Origin: a virus
Direction: 5' to 3' (one strand)
DNA length: 49,614 bases
UHGV virus genome: UHGV-0299211
Shown here: in pieces, positions 44,630 through 49,614 of the stretch
How the letters are laid out: each line of letters starts with the position of its first letter
How positions within the stretch are numbered: position 1 is the stretch's first letter
The notes under the pieces: generated by a model
Told to the model about the DNA's origin: nothing
The model's database searches: none
The model's input: the letters and a program-made list of their open reading frames with translations, nothing else
Position numbers and translations under genes: made by a program

Positions 44630-47600
44630 ATGGCGGTTAATATGGGAACTGCTGTGGCATATTTGGAACTTGATTCAAGTAAGTTTCAAAAAGGGTTTAA
44701 ATCCGCTTATAATGACCTAAAAGTTTTTGGGGATAAATCAGCCACAGCAGAACAAAAGTTTAAAGGACTTTCAAGTGCCTTTGCTACAGTAGGAAGTACA
44801 ATGTCAAGAAATGTAACATTGCCACTTGCTGGAGTAGGAGCGGCGGCACTTAAAGCGGGAACAGATTTTGAAAGTGCTATGTCACAAGTTGCCGCAACAA
44901 TGGGAACAACAACAGATAAGATTCAAAACCTTTCAAAGTTCGCACAGCACATGGGTGCTACAACAGCGTTTAGCGCAACGCAAGCGGCAGAGGGATTAAA
45001 TGTATTAGCGCAGAGTGGATTAACGGCAGAAGAGCAAATGACAGCATTACCGGAAGTATTAAACCTTGCGGCGGCTGGTAATTTAAGTTTGGCAGATTCT
45101 TCCACTTATGTTGTAGGAACACTAAAAGGTTTTGGAAAAGGAATGGATGAAGCAAAGCGTGTCACAGATTTAGTTGCAAAAGGGGCAACAATGGCGAACA
45201 CAGATGTTCGAGGATTAGGAACAGCACTTTCCTCTTCATCCGCAACAGCTAAGAGTTATGGACAGAACATGGATAGTGTAACATTAAGTTTGTTACGATT
45301 AGCAGAACAAAACATAACAGGAGAAGAAGCGGCAACATCATTAAACAGAGCAATGATGGATTTGTATACACCTACAAGTACAGCCAAGAAAGCACTTGAC
45401 GAATTAGGTGTTTCAGTGTATGATGCACAAGGCAATGCAAGAGATTTCAATGACGTTGTAGATGAATTAAATGGCAAACTAAGTGGAATGTCAGAAGAAG
45501 AACGAAACGCATACAAGAACACAATATTCACAACATATGGATTGCAAGCGTTTAACAAAATGACAGTTTCATCAACAGAGAAAGTTAATAACTTTAAAGA
45601 GGGATTGAAAGACGCAAACGATTCTGCATTAAAACAAGCACAAACACAGCTTGATAATTTAAAGGGTGATATAACACTTTTTAAATCAGCATTAGAGGGT
45701 GCGGGAATTGTTATATCAAATGTGTTAATACCAAACATAAGAAATTTTATTCAGTGGCTTACAAACCTTGTAACAAAGTTTAATGAATTGTCAGAAGAAC
45801 AGCAGAATTTTATTGTAAAAGCGGGTCTTGTAATTGCCGCAATCGGCCCAGTTTTGCTTATTTTGTCAAAAGTGGCAAGCACAATAGGTACTATAATTAC
45901 AGTTGTTAAAACAGCAAGTGGAGTTATTGGAAGTGTAACAAAAACGATACAGCTTCTTAGTATGGGGCAATCAGAACTGATAGCAAGCATGGGTGGAATA
46001 CCAAGTGTTATAACAAAAATCGCAACGACTTTTAGTTCGGTAATAGCACCGATTTTAGGAGTTGTTGCAGTTATTGGAACATTGGTTGCAATGTTTGTTA
46101 CATTGTGGAAAACAAATGAAGAATTTAGAAATAACATAACAAATACATTCAATGAATTAAAGAAAGTGTTTTCAGATTTTGCGAATGAATTTGTAAGTAA
46201 GATAAATGAATTAGGTTTTAATTTTGAAAGTATCACAGATGTAATTAAAACAGCATGGGAGACACTATGTGATATATTTGCACCAGTATTTGAGGGTGCT
46301 TTTTCTACAGTTGTAGATATTATACAGCTTGTTTTAAACAATGTTCTAAGTATAATGGATATATTCATTGGAATATTTACAGGAGATTTTGAACAAGTTG
46401 CAGATGGCATAAAAGGATTGTTTGACAACGTAGTAGAAACGTTCACAAGTATTGGAAGCACAATTTTAAGCACTATAGGAGATATAGGAGCGAAGATATT
46501 AGAGAAGTTTGGACTTGATGAAGCGGCACAAAAGTTTCAAGAGTTCTTTGACAAAGTGTCTGATATTTTCAGCAGACTTCCAGAAATCATTTTGGGAGCG
46601 TTTGATAGCGTTAAAATATTCTTTACCGAAACAATTCCAGAAGTATTTAATAATGCAGTTGAAACAATACAAGGCTTTGTTAATAACATAATTAGCTTTT
46701 TTACAGAAACAATACCGAATGCATTTAATACTTTTGTGAATGAAACAATACCAAACACAATAAATGCGATTGTAACATGGTTCAGTGAATTACCTTATAA
46801 GATTGGTTATGTAATCGGTGAAATGTTAGGACGTATATATTTGTTTGGTCAGTCTTGTATTGAATGGGCAACAACTGAATTACCAGTGATAATTGAAAAT
46901 ATTGTAACATGGTTCGCACAGTTGCCTAGCAGAATATGGGAATGGTTGCTTGATACAATAAACAAAGTTATTGAGTTTGGGACAAACTTAGTTGAGACTG
47001 GTGTTCAAGCCGCAACAAACTTTGTAACAAATGTCGTAACATGGATATCAACATTACCTAGCAGAATATATCAATGGCTATCACAAACTATAAGTAGAGT
47101 AATATCATGGGGTTCACAGCTTGTACAGAGCGGGGTTCAAACAGCAACAAACTTTGTTTCAAGATTTATTTCATTCTTGCAACAATTACCAAGTAAAGTT
47201 TGGAGTATAGTATCACAGATACCTAGTAAGATACTTGCAATAGGCGGTCAGATGTACAATGCCGGAAGAAATATTCTGTCGCAGTTGTGGAATGGATTAA
47301 AGAGCATAGGAAACAGTATACTCGGTTGGGTAAGTGATTTTGCAAGTAAGATAGGAAGTTTTGTCAGTGGAATTGTTAGTGGATTCAAGAATGTTGTAAG
47401 TGGTGCGAATGAAGCAAAGTCAGCCGCTAAGAGTGTAAACGGTAAACACGCAAGTGGTTTGGATTATGTACCGTTTAACGGATATGTAGCAGAGTTGCAT
47501 AAAGGTGAAAGGGTATTGACAAAACAGGAGAATGAAGAGTATAATAACAGTAGAGGTAAAAATAGTAGTGGAGACACATTTAATTTCTACAATACAAAAC

Positions 47601-47665
47601 CAAACGCATATGAGTATTCAAGGCAGATGAAAAAAGCAAAAAGGGAGTTACTGTTAGGATTTTAA
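44630..47665 (+). CDS. Tail tape measure protein
   Basis: 1011 aa. N-terminal TP901-type TMP region AFATVGSTMSRNVTLPLAGVGAAALKAG. Long helical repeats. Confidence 0.8.
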   Translation: MAVNMGTAVAYLELDSSKFQKGFKSAYNDLKVFGDKSATAEQKFKGLSSAFATVGSTMSRNVTLPLAGVGAAALKAGTDFESAMSQVAATMGTTTDKIQNLSKFAQHMGATTAFSATQAAEGLNVLAQSGLTAEEQMTALPEVLNLAAAGNLSLADSSTYVVGTLKGFGKGMDEAKRVTDLVAKGATMANTDVRGLGTALSSSSATAKSYGQNMDSVTLSLLRLAEQNITGEEAATSLNRAMMDLYTPTSTAKKALDELGVSVYDAQGNARDFNDVVDELNGKLSGMSEEERNAYKNTIFTTYGLQAFNKMTVSSTEKVNNFKEGLKDANDSALKQAQTQLDNLKGDITLFKSALEGAGIVISNVLIPNIRNFIQWLTNLVTKFNELSEEQQNFIVKAGLVIAAIGPVLLILSKVASTIGTIITVVKTASGVIGSVTKTIQLLSMGQSELIASMGGIPSVITKIATTFSSVIAPILGVVAVIGTLVAMFVTLWKTNEEFRNNITNTFNELKKVFSDFANEFVSKINELGFNFESITDVIKTAWETLCDIFAPVFEGAFSTVVDIIQLVLNNVLSIMDIFIGIFTGDFEQVADGIKGLFDNVVETFTSIGSTILSTIGDIGAKILEKFGLDEAAQKFQEFFDKVSDIFSRLPEIILGAFDSVKIFFTETIPEVFNNAVETIQGFVNNIISFFTETIPNAFNTFVNETIPNTINAIVTWFSELPYKIGYVIGEMLGRIYLFGQSCIEWATTELPVIIENIVTWFAQLPSRIWEWLLDTINKVIEFGTNLVETGVQAATNFVTNVVTWISTLPSRIYQWLSQTISRVISWGSQLVQSGVQTATNFVSRFISFLQQLPSKVWSIVSQIPSKILAIGGQMYNAGRNILSQLWNGLKSIGNSILGWVSDFASKIGSFVSGIVSGFKNVVSGANEAKSAAKSVNGKHASGLDYVPFNGYVAELHKGERVLTKQENEEYNNSRGKNSSGDTFNFYNTKPNAYEYSRQMKKAKRELLLGF

Positions 47666-47681
47666 AAAGGTGGTGAAAACA

Positions 47682-48614
47682 ATGGTCAAAAAAGTTACAT
47701 TAACAAATAGCGTAACAAAAGACAGTATTGTTATTGATTCAAAAGATGGTTATTATATCATTGATGAAATTGACTGGGATACACCTAGCGTAGAAATGTC
47801 AGCGTATAGAGTGCCTTATCAAATAGGGCAGTCTTATGCTGGTTTAACAGTTGGAACAAGAAAACCAACTATAACAGGATATGTTGTTGCTAAGGATGTA
47901 GAACAGGCAAATACATGGGAGCAATACTGGGAGAATTGCGAAACAGCAGTACAAGACAAAAAGGAAGAACTTGATAGAATGATTTCTATATACCAAGAAA
48001 TTGTGATTGAAGCAAATGGATTTTATTTAGATGCAAGACCAACAGCACCACCAAAATATTCTAATACATATAAAGAAAACAATGAGGTTTTATGTAAGTT
48101 TATTTTGGAGTTTGAATGTTTCAATCCAATGTTTTATAAGGAAACAAAAACAATTAATTTTACTGTTCTTGAAAATAAGTTCAAATTTCCGTTAACGATT
48201 CCTAAAACAAAAGGAATAACAATGGGAGTGGAGCATAGACAGAAAATTATATTGTTTGAAAATAATGGTGATGTTCCAGTCGGTTGTATTATACGAATGA
48301 AAGCAATTAGTGATTCATTAATAACACAGCAAGTAAATAGCATAACAGAAGATGCAAAAATTATATTTTCTGATTTGAGCATGTCTGCCGGTGATGAAAT
48401 TGTTATAAATACTAACATTGGAGAAGAAAGTATTAAACTGCATACACAAAGCGGTGATGAAGTTTCTATTGTTGGAAACATGGAAGTTGGCTACAAATTA
48501 TTTAAAGTTCTTATAGGAAAAAACTATTATTCATATGAAACACAGCCTAGTGATGGTGTCATGGATGTTAGTTTTGAATATAGGGAGCAATATTTTAACA
48601 TAAGGGGGATGTAG
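47682..48614 (+). CDS. Distal tail protein (Dit)
   Basis: RBS AAAAAGGTGGTGA before ATG 47682. Position after the tape measure gene. Confidence 0.55.
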   Translation: MVKKVTLTNSVTKDSIVIDSKDGYYIIDEIDWDTPSVEMSAYRVPYQIGQSYAGLTVGTRKPTITGYVVAKDVEQANTWEQYWENCETAVQDKKEELDRMISIYQEIVIEANGFYLDARPTAPPKYSNTYKENNEVLCKFILEFECFNPMFYKETKTINFTVLENKFKFPLTIPKTKGITMGVEHRQKIILFENNGDVPVGCIIRMKAISDSLITQQVNSITEDAKIIFSDLSMSAGDEIVINTNIGEESIKLHTQSGDEVSIVGNMEVGYKLFKVLIGKNYYSYETQPSDGVMDVSFEYREQYFNIRGM

Positions 48615-48618
48615 AATT

Positions 48619-49614
48619 ATGGTAACAATATTAGATGATACGATGTGCATAGTTGACATTCTCCGCAAATATGAATATTCACAGTATGAGTTTAAGGCAA
48701 GAGAAATAGGAACATTTACAATTAATGCAATGCTTGATAAAGAAAATTTATATTTGATGGATAAAACAAAGAATTATTATGTTTTGTTTGACAATGATGT
48801 TTTCGGAGTCATTGAGTCAGTAAAGCGTGAAAGTGATAGCGAAACAAGTAGAGTGTTCACAATCAAAGGAAGTCTTGCGTTAAAGTTGTTAGAATATAGA
48901 GTAATCAAAGGACAGCTTACATTCAAAGGAAAAAGTTATAAATACATTGAAGAGTTGATCAAACAAAATCTAATTTTTTCAGATGATGAAAATAGAAACA
49001 TTGCGTTATCTGTAGAATTCGAAAATGAAGAAAGATTAAAAAGGGTATGTAGTACAATAGACAAACAAGTTACTGGTGGTTCGTTGTGGGATGAAATAAG
49101 AGAAGTTGCGGAAGCGGATAAATTAAGAATCGAATTAAAGCCTAATATTGTAGTAATCAACAGAGAACACCCATACAATATAGATGGATGGACACTTATA
49201 ATTGGTGCTGGTGAATACAGAACAAGGCATAGAGCAAATAAGACGGTTAGCTCTGTTGTGTTTTCTCAGTCGCTAAGCAATATAGCAAACACTGATTACA
49301 CAGTAAACAGGAGTAAGTTAAGAAATACCGTATATATTGCAGGAGAGGGAGAGGGCGCAGACAGAAAGTGGTATAACATAGACGTTAATTCAGACGTGAC
49401 GTTTGGAGAGAGAAAAGGATGGAACAGAAGAGAATTATGGGTAGATGCGAGAGACATTCAAAGTGAACAGGACAACAAAAAATTAACAGATGCAGAGTAT
49501 GAAGAGCTTATGAAACAAAGGGCAGATGAAAAAGCCAAAGACAATGATTTAAGTGAAGAATACACAGCAACAGTAACAGACATAACAAAACAGTACACAT
49601 ATAAAAAAGATTAT
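48619..49614 (+). CDS. Tail-associated lysin / tail tip protein (Tal), N-terminal part. The ORF runs off the end of the window.
   Basis: RBS AAGGGGGAT. No stop before the window end. Position after Dit. The end of the window is in frame with the ORF at nt 1. Confidence 0.55.
   Translation, partial: MVTILDDTMCIVDILRKYEYSQYEFKAREIGTFTINAMLDKENLYLMDKTKNYYVLFDNDVFGVIESVKRESDSETSRVFTIKGSLALKLLEYRVIKGQLTFKGKSYKYIEELIKQNLIFSDDENRNIALSVEFENEERLKRVCSTIDKQVTGGSLWDEIREVAEADKLRIELKPNIVVINREHPYNIDGWTLIIGAGEYRTRHRANKTVSSVVFSQSLSNIANTDYTVNRSKLRNTVYIAGEGEGADRKWYNIDVNSDVTFGERKGWNRRELWVDARDIQSEQDNKKLTDAEYEELMKQRADEKAKDNDLSEEYTATVTDITKQYTYKKDY

Noticed and set aside
44923-46758. Several minus-strand ORFs of 60-240 aa inside the tape measure gene
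   Set aside because: They are antisense to a long, well-supported + strand gene. They have serine/leucine-rich low-complexity composition typical of spurious frames, and no RBS.

Overview
This 49.6-kb window looks like a complete, or nearly complete, genome of a tailed phage (siphovirus-like) infecting a low-GC Gram-positive host. The evidence for the host is GGAGG-type ribosome-binding sites and consensus TTGACA-17-TATAAT promoters. Every gene and both tRNAs are on the + strand. No integrase or repressor is visible, so the phage is probably strictly lytic.

The layout runs as follows.
- 1-2610: the end of the tail module. It holds the C-terminal part of a tail gene, a BppU-like baseplate protein and a receptor-binding protein with two Listeria-Bacteroides repeats.
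- 2655-3015: a small Zn-ribbon protein coupled to a sigma-70 region-4-like regulator.
- 3141-5360: an odd island of Gln-rich, Gly-rich and Cys-rich proteins.
- 5400-31600: an early and replication region cut into many short transcription units, each behind a near-consensus sigma-A promoter. It encodes a SAP-motif protein, primase, a T4 gp32-like single-strand DNA-binding protein, a DnaE-type polymerase split by a group I intron carrying an HNH endonuclease, RecA carrying a LAGLIDADG intein, a Cas4-like nuclease, a RuvC-like resolvase, a MoxR-type AAA+ ATPase, an Hjc/VRR-NUC-like nuclease, RNase H, a MazG-like pyrophosphatase, a ParB-like nuclease preceded by AGAACA repeats, many Cys-rich small proteins, and tRNA-Gln plus tRNA-Met.
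- 31556 to the window end: the late module. The order is the large terminase subunit, then (unusually) a truncated pectate-lyase-type tailspike remnant and a holin plus NlpC/P60 endolysin cassette, then portal, a Mu-F/gp7-like head protein, two Zn-ribbon proteins, scaffold, a lambda gpD-like decoration protein, a lambda gpE-like major capsid protein, connectors, major tail protein, tail chaperone (with no programmed frameshift extension), a structured terminator-like element, tape measure protein, distal tail protein (Dit) and the N-terminal part of the tail-associated lysin (Tal).

The Tal reading frame runs off the 3' end of the window in frame with the partial ORF at position 1. That fits a circular or circularly permuted record. 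I could not run homology searches. All functional calls rest on motifs I read directly from the translations.
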